64,000 nt of DNA, taken from positions 29,796,340-29,860,339 of the forward strand of contig NC_074722.1 of assembly GCF_947242115.1 (NCBI RefSeq), written 5' to 3'. This document shows, piece after piece, positions 24,601 through 37,019 of the stretch. Numbering within the stretch: the stretch's first letter is position 1; each line of letters begins with the position of its first letter. This DNA is from Biomphalaria glabrata (Eukaryota). The translations under genes and the position numbers were made by a program. The notes under the pieces were generated by a model that saw only the letters and a list, made by a program, of their open reading frames with translations, was not told the DNA's origin and made no database searches.

Positions 24601-24813
24601 GAATTCATAGAGAAGGCCGAATCTCTGACACAGTGTCCAGATGCTTATGTCACTCTGACGAAAAATGCTAAGGAGTATGTGCACACTTACCACAACCTGG
24701 AAGACGAGAGAAAAAAATATGTCTCTCTGGTGGAGTGTTGTATAAAAGATATCCTGGCCAGCATCTCAAGTGTTGCCAAGTCTGTCCCTGTACATGGTGA
24801 TATAACTGCATGA
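24601..24813 (+). CDS. GLT1D1: GLT1D1 terminal exon (EFIEKAESLTQCPDAYVTLTKNAKEYVHTYHNLEDERKKYVSLVECCIKDILASISSVAKSVPVHGDITA*).
   Basis: Matches human [48 protein letters not shown]. Stop TGA at 24811-24813. Confidence 0.85.
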   Translation, partial: EFIEKAESLTQCPDAYVTLTKNAKEYVHTYHNLEDERKKYVSLVECCIKDILASISSVAKSVPVHGDITA

Positions 24814-25487
24814 CGACATAGCTAGGATCTTTAATGGTTACAGCTACTGACAAAACTTGACCCAGAATGTAGATTGCACAGAATATACATTGTATTTGTT
24901 AACAGCAGACTAAATTGTTACATCTGGAACTTTCAGATATTACATAATGCCAAAAATCACACTTTTTAACCTTCATCCCCGTTCTTACAAATTGTAATAA
25001 AACTCAATTTCCACAACAAGAAAATTCTAATTTTACTAAAGATTTATTTATTAATTATCATTTTCCCAAATTACATTTTTCAACATGGTATTAATAGAAG
25101 CTTTTGATAATGATATATCCACCAATTAGCATCTGGAAAGTTTGGCGTTGATGTATTCAGTGTGTTTTCCCATACACTGTACACATACATCAGATGGTGC
25201 CAGAAAAGTCGGGAGTACCGTATTCATAAAAACCACAGAGTATTTTTTCCATTATTTTTTTTTAAACCTATAGAATAGCCTTTACATGAGGGTTGGATCT
25301 GCAAACGTCAAGGGACTATTGTACTTGTTGGTTTTTTTTTTGGAATAATTTTTGTTCTGTTATATAACAAATTTTCAGACCCCCCAACTTCCCTCCTATT
25401 AACAAATCACAACAAATTTCTTTACCCCTCTCTCCCCTTAGTTATGTAATGTCTGAAAGTTCTCATAACTAAATGTAAAAAAAAAAT

Positions 25488-25512
25488 TATACCCCCCCCC
25501 CCCCCCCCCCCG
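25488..25512. repeat. Poly-C homopolymer of about 25 nt.
   Basis: Direct reading. Similar G/C runs lie at 6464-6490, 16975-16995, 24350-24378, 38195-38208, 48008-48030, 54863-54880, 55948-55962 and 57043-57058. Confidence 0.9.
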
Positions 25513-27244
25513 AGTCATTACATACCTGAGTCACTACATAATTAGCTAAAACATTATTCATTTTAAATATAGTATCTAAGGACATTTAGGAATTGAAAAT
25601 AGGCCAATCAAATTTTAATATTTATTACAGTTTCTGGCAATAAAAAAAAAGGAGAAAATGGCTAGCTACTAAAAAAGAAAAATCTTTTGAACTATATTTA
25701 ACTTCTCCTTTAAAAACGGGAGGGTTTTTCTGTGCAAGTCAGTGCTGTCAGTTGACATCTGGTGATATTAATTTATAAATGACAGCTCCACACAATCATG
25801 ACATTCTACTCCTGAAAAAAAATGAATGAAGGCTTTTGCCCCCCATTATTCTTTATTCACTGTTTCTCTCTACATGTTTTTTTGTTCATGTAAATATTGA
25901 TTTACAGTTACATTTTTATTTATTTTGTTTGTACATATGATTTTCCTAACTACTAAATTATATTTTTTGTACACCTTCCAATTATGAAAGAGAAAAAAAG
26001 ATTTTCAGATGGCACAAACATATTTGAGAGATTATTGTAATACAACTCTTTTTAGCCATTTAGATATAAAGTTATATTAAATTTTAATGCATTTTTTAAA
26101 TTAAACAACATGATAGAAAGCTTGTATTCATGTTTAGGTCTGTATCCTAATATAGTAAAAATAGAATGTTCACTTTATTAATCAAAAATAATATATCAAA
26201 AGAAAGTGCTTGGCATAAATTCTTTAGAATGTAACCAAAAAAAAATTTTATTATCTATTTCTTGTAGTAATTATAAGTATAAATTTACTTATGAAGAACA
26301 ATTGATATATTTGTTATTTAGTACAACATTAACATGGTTGAACAATATCAAACATTAAGAAATAGAAATGAATGCAGCAGTGAGGACAGTAATGCAGCTT
26401 GACTTGTTTGGTCAATGTATGCTCTTTGACATTGTTTTTTTTTTCTGCTGCAGAAACCTGCTAGATGTTTCCAAATCACCCATGAGTTTTAAGTATATTT
26501 TTATTCTATTAATGTCAACATCTTTAAAATATGTGTTAAATAGCTGTAGAAATTTTAGAATTTTTCATTGTATAATGTTGAAGGATTGTGGGTTTTTTTG
26601 TTTTTGCTCTGTCTTTTAATCAAAGCCAAATATTTGTATTTATAACTAGTCAATGGGAAGATTTCAGTGTGATAAATTTATATTATATATATTTCATATA
26701 AAAAATACCAATTTTTTTTTTTTATTATATAATGAGTTACATTTGTAGAAATTTATTTGATTGTATGTGTTATTGTAGCGCTATACTGATTTTTATTTCA
26801 ACTCTTTTTTTTCTAAATTAGCTTTTATATTCTTATTTACAAATAAATATTTTTATCAAATTGCAATACATTCTTTATAGCAATTAAAATTTTAAAAAGT
26901 TTTAACAATAAAATAAAGTAGTTTCTAGGCATAACTGTCATGTGTGATGCCATGAATTTCTAACTGAATAGTTTCAGTATTGTTCCCCCTGACTGAAGCA
27001 GTACATTTGTTCTTCAACCATCTGATAAGTGTCAGGCTAATTAAATAGCAAACAAATCTTGATTTCAAATTGTTCTAAAAAATTATCAATTCTTCTTTTT
27101 ACTCCCAATTTGTTTAAATTTGTATGCTGCTTTTTTATAATTTTCTGCTGAGTTTGTTTGTTTTGTACATAGTTAACTCTAATTTAGAAATAATGGCCTT
27201 TGTTAATATGTTTTGAGTGATTGGATTTATCATTGGCCTCCTTC

Positions 27245-27672
27245 AGTCGTGAAACGACTATGGTTCATCTCGAACACTTTTGCATAAGGCTGTGGAGCCC
27301 TATTTTAGAGAGACACTCCCGTCCACATATATTGCATGTCAAGGTGGAGTTCGCTATGTGGTAGAGGAGCTGGCCATTTATCTTGTGGCACGCTTTTAAA
27401 GAATTGAGGCCCATGTTTTCTCGCTGTCTATAGCTTTCATGGTCACCGTCTCTCCAACTAGTGTGGTCTAAAGCTATGTCTTCCCAATGGTCAGTATCAA
27501 TGTTTACTGATTTTAAATCCCTTTTTATCACATCAACATAATGGAGGTGGGGGCGACCAGTTTTTCTTGAACCAGACGCAAGTTGCCTGTACAGAATGAT
27601 TCTCGGGATGCGATTGTCCCCCATCTGGCAAACATGTCCGAGCCAGCGCAGGTGGCGTTGCTTGATTGGATT
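27245..27672 (-). mobile_element. 5'-truncated L2/CR1-type LINE 3' end (ORF2 C-terminus with zinc finger CNICGRECLSKIGLHSLMQKC) plus a 3' stem-loop.
   Basis: Minus ORF 27265-27624 reads ...RHLRWLGHVCQMGDNRIPRIILYRQLASGSRKTGRPHLHYVDV...DHTSWRD. Confidence 0.75.
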
Positions 27673-28597
27673 TATAAAATTTCATTTAGAATCTTTTTTT
27701 TCATCTCTAAAAGAAAAATGTTTTTTTATTAAATTGTAAATTAATATTCTTTAGCAGTAGTGCCACACACAGATAAAAACTAGTCATGCAATAAAGAAAA
27801 TTTAAATTCCGCACGTTTTTCTCAGAAAGCTTATAAATTTTTGTCATTTTAGTTCAGCATAAATCAGATGTCTTTTTTTCATAGGCCCATTTTGTTGATA
27901 ATTATAATATACTGTGTTATTTAAAAGAGTTTATGTTGAATTAATAATTCGCAAAATAATCTTTTTTTTTTTCAGGCAGCGTCTCTATTGGTGTGTATAT
28001 ACAAAGAATTATTTCAATAAAATAAGTAAAAATGTAAACAAAAATGTGTAACACCATGACCATATTTTTTTTTTCATTGTAGTAGCACAAATATTAACTA
28101 TTTTTATTGCATGGTGATTATGTTAGAAACAGTACATAACAACTGTATATTTAAAGGAATGACCATATGTTAAATTTTGTTTTCTTTGGAGTACATTGTT
28201 AGTTAAATATTTATATCTATTTGACATGTGCAGTAAACAATGTTTTGAGTGTTTTGCTAAATGTTATTGTTTACAAGCTTACAAGCTTTGGATCTGATTA
28301 GATCTCTGTCGTGTTGACTTGTATCAGTCCATTTATAGATCTTGACTTCCAGTAAGGAACAAATTATTAAGCTGCTTTGTTTTTTTCTATACTGGTCTAC
28401 AAAAGTAACATTCTTATCTGTCTTACATGTATTCATAATATACAATCAGGTAAAACTGCTTACTCTATGCTTATATATTTATTATGTTATCCCAAAATAA
28501 TTGTATTTGTTCAGGCTTAAGACTAGTATGATAACAAAGAATATCGTTTTTGTGGTAAAATAAATCAATGCCTCATTTCTCTCAATGTATCTTTTTA

Positions 28598-28870
28598 AAG
28601 GAGGCACGGCGGCTGAGTGGTTGAGTGTTTGTCTTCTGAACTGAGGGGTTCCAGGTTTGAAGACTGGGATTTTTTATATTTATAAGGAGTGTCTGAGTCA
28701 ATCCAGCTCTAATGGGTACTTGACATTAGTTTTGGAAAAATAAAGGATGTTCTTTGTGCTGGCCACATGACACCCTTGTTAACCATGGAGTATAGTAACA
28801 GATGACCTTTACATCATCTGCCCCTTAGATTGCAAAGTCTGAAAGAGGAACTTTACTTAGTTATATAAGA
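28598..28870 (+). mobile_element. SINE family 1, full-length copy.
   Basis: Reads GGAGGCACGGCGGCTGAGTGGTTGAGTG...GGTTTGAAGACTGGG with A and B boxes, then the conserved body and tail ...gattgcaaagtctgaaagaggaactt. Confidence 0.8.
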
Positions 28871-29368
28871 ACTAGGTTGTAAACATATCAATGAAATTAA
28901 TTTTTCGTTCTTAATTTAATAAATATGTATAATGATCATACAGGTAAAACCAGATTTGTCCATGTTTTGAAAACATCATGTACTTGTCTTTATTTTCTGA
29001 CATTATTCACATTATTTTAGTTAAAATAGAAATATTGACCCTTACGTTATAAAATAGTCTTTTAAGGGGAATACAAAATAAATTAAATCAAATCTTTTAT
29101 CTTCAAAACAATTTAAAATCATTAACAGAATCCCCACTGCTTACAAAAATATACATAGTAGCTAAATGGTAATAATATTATGCGTAATATTATGCATGAG
29201 TCTTATGCTTTAATACGTTTAATATAGACATTAAAAGTATTATTATAAGAATAGACACTACTAAATGTGGTTACATGCGAGATATGTATATATTCTCACA
29301 TGTATTTGTAAAAACATTTAGTAAACATTTAAGTTAATGTATATATATATTCCCATTTTAAAAGAAGC

Positions 29369-29414
29369 AATCAAATATCATATACATATATATATGTGAT
29401 ATTTGATTGCTTTA
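29369..29414. repeat. Near-perfect 46-bp palindrome around a (TA)n core.
   Basis: Reads gcaatcaaatatcatatacatatatatatgtgatatttgattgc. Confidence 0.7.
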
Positions 29415-30899
29415 AAAATGTGAATATATATATATATATACAATTACTTAAATGGCAAAAGAATGTACACCAAAGAATATGGTGCCTCCCTTCCCTTGGC
29501 TTACAGCTCAGTCAATCCTTACAATCATCATCTAAAAGTTTCATGAACTTATCACAATATAGACCAGTACCCAGCAAGATCACTGTCTGTACATTGTAAA
29601 AAAAAAAAAATACATTAATTGTTGCAATGTTTGTGTACAAAACAATATTCGTGTGATCAAATTATTGAAACAATTGTTGTGGGATATAGCCAATTTATCC
29701 ATGTGTAATTTTTAATGTTAGAAAAATCTACTTTATTATTATTTTTGTTATTATTGATTTATACTGAGTTCTCAGATGAACATTTAAATAAATTTTTTTT
29801 TTGGGCTATTGTTATTACTGAGATAATCTCAAAACTTGTTGGTATTTATTCAAAAGTCTACAAATTTGTTGGTGTTTTTTTCGGCTCTAAATATTTTATT
29901 TCTACAGTAATCTTTGATTTGATTTTAACTGGTAAAACAACATTGGTAGTACATGTCGTAAACGTATTACATTAATGTAGGTATTCTACTAAAGACCAGA
30001 CATAACCAGGGTCATTATGAGGCACATAATGCTTGTCTCAGTGAAACATCAATAGTGCAAATAGAATTTTTCTTGTGCCTCCACCTTCTTTCACCCTACA
30101 CACATTTTTTGTTTACATTTGCTAAGAGAAACAGGGAAAATAGAAAAAGAGACTGCTGTATTTTTTTATGATGAGAGTAACTTTCCTTGTTTGTTTATGT
30201 TGAAACAATTATAGATATTACACAATTTTATTGCTGGTTAATATGAATTGAAATTTTAAAGATACTGTTAAGGTATAATATCTGCACTGTATCATTTTGG
30301 TTTATGCATATTTATTATAATAAATTGAAATATAAATTGAAATATAAATGAATTGAAATTTACTTTGGCTTTAAAATGAAATGTTAAAAGTGTTTCAAGA
30401 GTGAAAATACAGTGAACAGCTTTGGTTGTCGTTCGAGGATTTCTTTCCCTGAAAGGGTGTTTTTTTTTATTCAACAATATAGGTCTATTTATTCTAGACT
30501 AATTAAATAACACTCTTGTCTGTCTATCTTGCTATTGGCTTCCTTCCTCGGACAGAAGTTTTCTTGAATCTCTTACCACTTCGTTCAGGTCTTGAAAGGT
30601 CATTTAGTTTGACTGCAAAAACAAAATTGGAATGTTAATTGTTAATTTTATTAAATTATTCTTTCACTGCTCATTATTTTGCTTGGCAATAATCTTATTT
30701 TCATTACAGAAAGTGTTCACATAACAAAAATTGTCCAGTCCATTACTCATTAAATTGATAATGAAACTATCAAAAACAAAATAATAATAATTTTATTTAT
30801 AAAGTGCTGTCAACAAACAAAATGTAGGCGCAAAGCGCTGTGATAACATTACAAACACAAACACGAGAGCTAAAACGACAAACTAATCTAAAAAGATTT

Positions 30900-32700
30900 T
30901 AAACAGGTAGGTCTTAATGTTCTTCTTGAAAGAAGTGAGCATGTTGTCTGTCTGAAATCAATGGCGAGTGAGTTCCAAACCTTTGGGCCGTAGCTTTTGA
31001 GGGAGAAACGTGGCACCACTAGAAGCGATGAGTCCTTTGGGCGTAGGGCTCTCTGAGGGACATGAAGTGATTAGTTCGCTAAGGTACAAGGGCATCTCAT
31101 TGTTATATATACACTGATGACAAAGTATGGCCACCTTGTAATCGATTCTTGCTTTCACGGGAAGCCAATGGAGCGTGCGCAAGAGCGTAGTAGCAGAATC
31201 TCGTCTTGTTTTTCTAAGGACTATTGTTATTCTATTTTGTCATCGGGTATACCTGCTAGCACGGCGTTGCAGTAGTCAAGGCGGAAGAGTATGAATGCCA
31301 CAGCTAGCTTTTTTGTTGACTCCGTTGTTAAATATGGTCGGATCTGGCCTAATTTGCGCAGCTGCAGATAAAGACCCTTGCAGAGCTGACTTATGTGAGG
31401 GTTGGTTAAAGGATAGTGTTGAGTCGAAGAAAACACCAATATTCCGCACTACATGGACAAAAGGAACCTGGCAGTTCGTGATAAAAAGAGAATCTGTGCT
31501 CTCGACTTTTGAGACGTTGTTCCGAGTGTCAATCTTAATTATTTCTGTCTTGTCTTCGTTCATCTTGAGTTTATTCTCAACCATTCAATCGCTCACCCTT
31601 GCAACGGTACCACTGATTTTCTCTGCCAGTTGCGACACCTCTGAGGGTACTGAGTAATCGTATAACTGTGAGTCATCGGCAAAGAAGTGGTATAAGATGC
31701 CGATTGGCCGTATGACACCGCTAAGTGGCTATGTATACATAGTGATCAGTACTGGGCCTAGAACTGATCATTGGGGTACTTCGTACTTCAAGAGTAAGCT
31801 TGTTGATTATTGATTAACAACGACACTTTGGGTGCGTTCAGTCAGGTAGGATATAAGCCACGTTAGAAGTAGAACTATTCCTGCTAAACCAAATGGGCAG
31901 AGAATCTGGCCATCATAATTTCGTGGCCTAGCGTATCAAAGTCTGCGGACAAGTCCAGCATTGAAAGAATTGAGATGTGGCCTATGTCGGAATTGTGAAG
32001 TAAGTCGTTTAGTACTCTGACCACTGCTGTCTCTGTGCTGCGGCACTTCCTATATGCAGATTGAAATTCTTCCAAGAGACAGTACTGTTCAAGATGAGAA
32101 AGAATTTGTGCTAACACGATGTAATCCAGACACTTTGACAGGAAGGGGAGATTTGATACCGGGCGATAGTTTTTTTTTAGACATTCCGGGTCAAGACTGG
32201 ATTTCTTTAATAAGGGCCTGACAAGTGCATGCTTAAACTGATGTGGTACAATGCCTGAAGTCAGTGAAGAGTTCACAATGTTAGAATTGTGGATACAAGC
32301 TCATCTAAACATTCAAGGATCAAGGAAGTTGGAATGGGATCAATGTCACATGACTTATTTGCCATCTTTAAAAATAATACTTTTGACATAATCTTCAGAG
32401 ACACGCTGAAACTCGCAAAAAGGAGAATTTTGAAAGATTGGAGAGTGGTCAAGCTGTGATGAGAGGGATGGCATGTCATTTGTAATCAGTTTAATCTTGC
32501 CAATGAAGAATCTATTGAAGGAATCAGGGAGTTCAGATGCTGGGATAGATGACGGCAAACGTTCGTTATTAGCTTCCCCTAACATTTCAGCGGTGATCCT
32601 AAACAGCTCCTTTGAAGAATCACAAGTTTCGATTTTGTGTCGAATATGACTAGCTTTTGCGTCTCTAATCATGCGGTTCACCTAGTTATTTTCTAGGATG
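30900..32700 (-). mobile_element. Degenerate L2-clade LINE. It carries RT domains including FADD and the C-terminal LHWLPVKARIDYKV...YLSELI tail.
   Basis: Minus ORFs read [16 protein letters not shown]...[10 protein letters not shown], then LYHFFADDSQLY, LNEDKTEII, RLDYCNAVLAGIP and LHWLPVKARIDYKVAILCHQCIYN. Frameshifts and stops are present. Confidence 0.75.
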
Positions 32701-33354
32701 TAGATTTGTCGATGTATCGTCAGACCTGTCTTTTGAAATGTACGTTCGGCACGTCGGCGAATAAGTTTGGGCAATCTTTACGTCTTCCGTCATTCAGGGT
32801 GCAGATGGCCTAACTGAGACTGTACGAGTGACAAAAGGTGCATGGCTATCCAGCAACTTTTCCAAGCAAGAATTGTAATTGCTGAGAACGTCTGTATTGC
32901 TCTGTTACAACAGCAAAGAGGTCACGTCCATTTTGAAGGAGGCAATGTCTATGGCTTTAAGTTTACGGGAAGTCACGTTTTTCCTTGGCCTTTTTGTTTT
33001 TGATAGGCGCATTTCAATGTGTACAAGAAAATGACCTGACAAGCCGCGGTCTAAGACATTGAGTTTTTCAGTAACACCGTTTACGTCTCATTTTCACGGT
33101 CGAAATGCAAGTTCACATCGTCTATGACAAATAGATCTTTTGTTGCTATGTGACTGTCAAGAAGATCTTGAAATTCTTAGATGAAATCTTTTCTCTTGCT
33201 TGGTGGTGGGCGGTACAAGACAATAAAAGTCAGTGTTCTACTGTGGTTGGAGAGGCGAAACTCGCACATCTCAAAGGTAGTGTACGGTGAGCTGTCAGGT
33301 CTTATTGTTACATATTTGGCTAGACTAAGCAAAGCATTATGGTTTATTAAAAGA

Positions 33355-33885
33355 AGTTTCTATAAATCAAATAAGAACATAAAACTAAAATATTATTTAA
33401 CTTTGGTTATGCCAATAATAGAATATGCATCCTCAACTCAAGAAAACATTAAGAAACTGGAACAGACACAAAATGGAGCAGTGTGATTCATAACAAACGA
33501 ATATTCACATTTGACTAGAGTAACACCTTTAGTAAAATCACTAAATTAGGAAAACCTTCAGGATAGAAGACATAAAAGTAAAGTTTACAATTATATATAA
33601 AATACTGAACCATAATCTTCAAATACAAAAACAAAACCTAATAAAATACTCAGAAAGACTCAAAGATAAAGGCACATTCAAACAAATTTGTACAAATGCT
33701 CCTTCTTCTCTAGTGCTATTAGTGCATGGAATGAGTCGCCTGATCCAGCCAGAAAAAATAGTTACTTTAGAGAATTTTGGTCATCGGTTAACATGCATGA
33801 CTAGAAGCATGACACGTAGGATGCAATCATCTTCTTTTTTTTTTTTTTGAAGTAACATCTGTATTATATAAGATAAGAAGATAAA
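33355..33885 (+). mobile_element. LINE family A 3' fragment.
   Basis: Homologous to 1440-1965. Confidence 0.7.
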
Positions 33886-34214
33886 ACTGCTGACACATCA
33901 TTACCACTCTTCATGCCCAGAAACAAATTATTATCAGCATTTTTTCTCCCATACTGAGCTGTGGCAACAAACAATGAAACTAATCATATATGGATCTCAA
34001 GAGTTACTTTGGCATCTGTCTTGCCATCACTGCACTCATTGGCTGATGCTTGAGTTTACTTAATACAGGCCTAAGAAAAATTGACCTGTTCTGATGGAGT
34101 ACTTTTAGTTAACAAATCAAGGGTAAGATTGTTTTTAGAAAATTAATTTCCCCTTTTTACACTTAGAGGTCCAACAGAAAGTTAAGTAGCCAGCATAATG
34201 CCTGCCTTTCATTT

Positions 34215-34560
34215 TTGTATTTCAGGACAGAAGACTCAAAAGTAAAGTAGCAATTATACATAAAACACTGAACCATAATCTTTAAATACAAAAACAAAAT
34301 TTAATAAAATACTCTGAAAGACACAAAGATAAAGGCACATTCCTCGTCCCATATGCTAGGACAAATTTGTACAAATACTCTTTCTTCCCTAGTGTTATTA
34401 GGGCATGGAATGGGTTGCCTGAGCTAGCCAGGAAAACCAGTGACTTGACAGAATTTAAGTCATTGGTTAATACGCATGACTAAATGCATGACGCGTAGGA
34501 CGTAATCATCTTCTTTTTTGAAGAAACGTCTGTATTATATAAGATAAGATAAGATAAATA
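34215..34560 (+). mobile_element. LINE family A 3' fragment ending in a (GATAA)n tail.
   Basis: Homologous to 1680-1965, with tail ataagataagataagataaa. Confidence 0.7.
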
Positions 34561-34807
34561 TCAAGTAGACCTAACCATTTTCATCTGGATGATTTAGGTG
34601 GCCACCTTAAAATCCTTGATTAAAATGTGCATGTGATTCACACAACACTCAACTCCACAGACCAAAACTTTGCCATCGAGCACCATAGATATCACTTTGA
34701 TAAAAAAGATTTCATGGCATTCCAGATCTAACTTTACATGATGACTCTTTTATCTCATAATATATGTAATATAATAATCCACCTTCACAGTGTGCCTAAT
34801 CACTTAC

Positions 34808-34882
34808 CAAGTAAATCTGGGTTGATCTTGTCTAAATGATTTAGTAAAGAAATATATCGGTTTGGTCCATTTTCACCTTCCT
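34808..34882 (-). CDS. Unassigned coding exon (K EGENGPNRYISLLNHLDKINPDLL.) of an unidentified minus-strand gene.
   Basis: Acceptor ttgtatgataaactttcag, donor CTTG|GTAAGTG. Its phase is consistent with the upstream exon at 35363-35479. Confidence 0.35.
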
Positions 34883-35362
34883 CTGAAAGTTTATCATACA
34901 AATAATTATACACAATGGTACACATACCCCCACACCCATTCAGTAGGTATAATACTGTAACAACACATGAACTTTATGGTTAAATGTAACATCAATACAG
35001 ATTTATATATTTAATCCTGTGCAGTCTTAGATATTAATTTAGATTTTATTATATTCTACTTTCAAATTCAAACAAATTATAATTGTTCTTGATGCCAGAG
35101 ATTAGGATTATTTCTTGTGCGCATGTATGTATTTACCCACTCACATATGGAAAATATGTTCATATTTTCACACAAACACACACATTTGCAATAGAATAAA
35201 ATTAGTCTTTTAAAATATTGCCTGTGTTATCTTTCCTATCACATTTACCTCCCCTTTCATTTGCTGCCTTCCTTTTTTAAAAAAAATTCACTACAATGAA
35301 AAGTGTCTTTCGTAATTCAGTCAACAAAAAAGTTTGAATCAGTAAAACGAAACAAAACTTAC

Positions 35363-35479
35363 TTTCCACTCGTATGACAACGTAAGTCTCTCTTCCGGTG
35401 ACGTAATCTGATGCATAATCTTCTGAAGACATTGGCAAGTTTTTTATTTGTCCGTCAAGATCAACCAAATCAAGTACCA
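35363..35479 (-). CDS. Unassigned coding exon (.VLDLVDLDGQIKNLPMSSEDYASDYVTGRETYVVIRVE.).
   Basis: Acceptor tttttttgtttaag, donor GAAA|GTAAGT. An open frame runs through 38 codons in AT-rich DNA. Homology unresolved. Confidence 0.4.
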
Positions 35480-36187
35480 CTTAAACAAAAAAAGTGAAAT
35501 GAAAATAATTAATTAGCAATAGTTCATTAACTAATTGGTTATTTTGTTTTATTATTGATTCTTTTTTTTGTCAGTTACAAGGATGTATTACTTGTCCCTG
35601 TAGTACAAAATTTCAACTTGATCTGCGATTGGGTGCGGGAGAAATAACGTGTAGATTACAGGCAGAGTGAGTTGATATAAGCTTTGTAAAAAAAAAAAAA
35701 AGGAGGGGAGGGAGGTAAAGCACATATTTAAAGTGTGGCTATTTTACTACTTTATAGAATTTCTCATTGCCAAGTTATGATTTTGAAAAGCGATAACTTG
35801 ATAAAAAGATATTCTTGATATTAGTATCACAAAGATAAGATAGATAAGATATTTGTTTATTGGTCCAATCAGATGGAGATTCATTTTGACTACAATTTCA
35901 TCACCTCAGCTTGCTTGTTTTCTAAGCAAGAATTTTCAATTGTAAATTTTGGTGAATTTATCTTTCCAGGTTTAGACATGCCTGTTGAATACTTCAACAA
36001 AAAATAAAATAGCAGACTTGAATGTCATTGAAATACAGTGGGTTTTTTTCTCTTTATGACAACACACGACCATTACTATAAGCAACAAGTCTGCTTACAA
36101 TGTAATTATTTAAAGATCTATAATAATCTAGGCTATCATGAATGTGCCACTATTCAAATTCCAATACGTCTTAAAACAAACTCTTAC

Positions 36188-36274
36188 TGTCATTGTCACA
36201 ATCACAGATTCTTCTGATGCATTGAACAAACGTCTGTGTCGGACACCTGGGGTTGAGTAGAGCTTCTTTATCGT
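36188..36274 (-). CDS. Unassigned coding exon (..DKEALLNPRCPTQTFVQCIRRICDCDND.). It joins the exon at 35479 to give ...CDCDND-M-VLDLVDL...
   Basis: Acceptor tgtgttgcag, donor ACA|GTAAGAG. Its phase (1 nt overhang) matches the downstream exon, which starts with 2 nt. Confidence 0.3.
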
Positions 36275-37019
36275 CTGCAACACAAAAACATATATATTTA
36301 TATATATATAACCTTTGCGTTTTTATTTTATATTCTCAAACAGATGTCCCTTTAAGTTTTTTTCGGCATTTATTTGTGGAGTGAGGTAGGATATTTCTTG
36401 ATCGTTTCCCCTAAATGTGTACGCACTTAAAAGGCAAAACCAACGTGGACACTGTCCACTCTGCCGGCATCACTTGTCCCTGCAGTCCCTGGACTATCTT
36501 TATTTTTAGAAAACCAGCATGTAAATTAATTCATTTATTGAATTGCGAACATGTACTAGACAAATAGGCCTTATATCGAATGTTAACTGTTCATCTTGTA
36601 AATGTATTTTTTCAACCACAGTGTAGGTACGGGATTTTAAGAACCAGTGTGTAGATCTGCTCTATTTAATTGCTTTGATATTTTATGGCAAGGAGACGAG
36701 CGAAACGTTTAAAACAATGTTTGTTTGTTTTATGTAGAACAACTAATTGATTTTTTAGAAAAAGTGCTTTATCATTAATTTAGATAAGGTTTCTGATGTT
36801 CCATATCTTATGTTCTTATAAAAGAACACTGGTTGACACTATAACATTTATTTATTTATTTTTTTAGATCTAGTATTTAGACTTTGATGTTGTATGTACA
36901 TCTTGGCCTAGCCATTTAGGCTTATACCGAGTTATACTCATATGTAATTTGAGACTATATGTTACTGCATGTTTGTTTGCCATGTCTTTAGTGTGCAATA
37001 AATAAATCTAAATCGGCCT

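Noticed and set aside
34808-35479. Tentative homology of the unassigned exons to TRAPPC2L/sedlin or to the UBC/UEV fold.
   Set aside because: The similarities are short and inconsistent between exons. I left the exons unassigned rather than give a speculative name.
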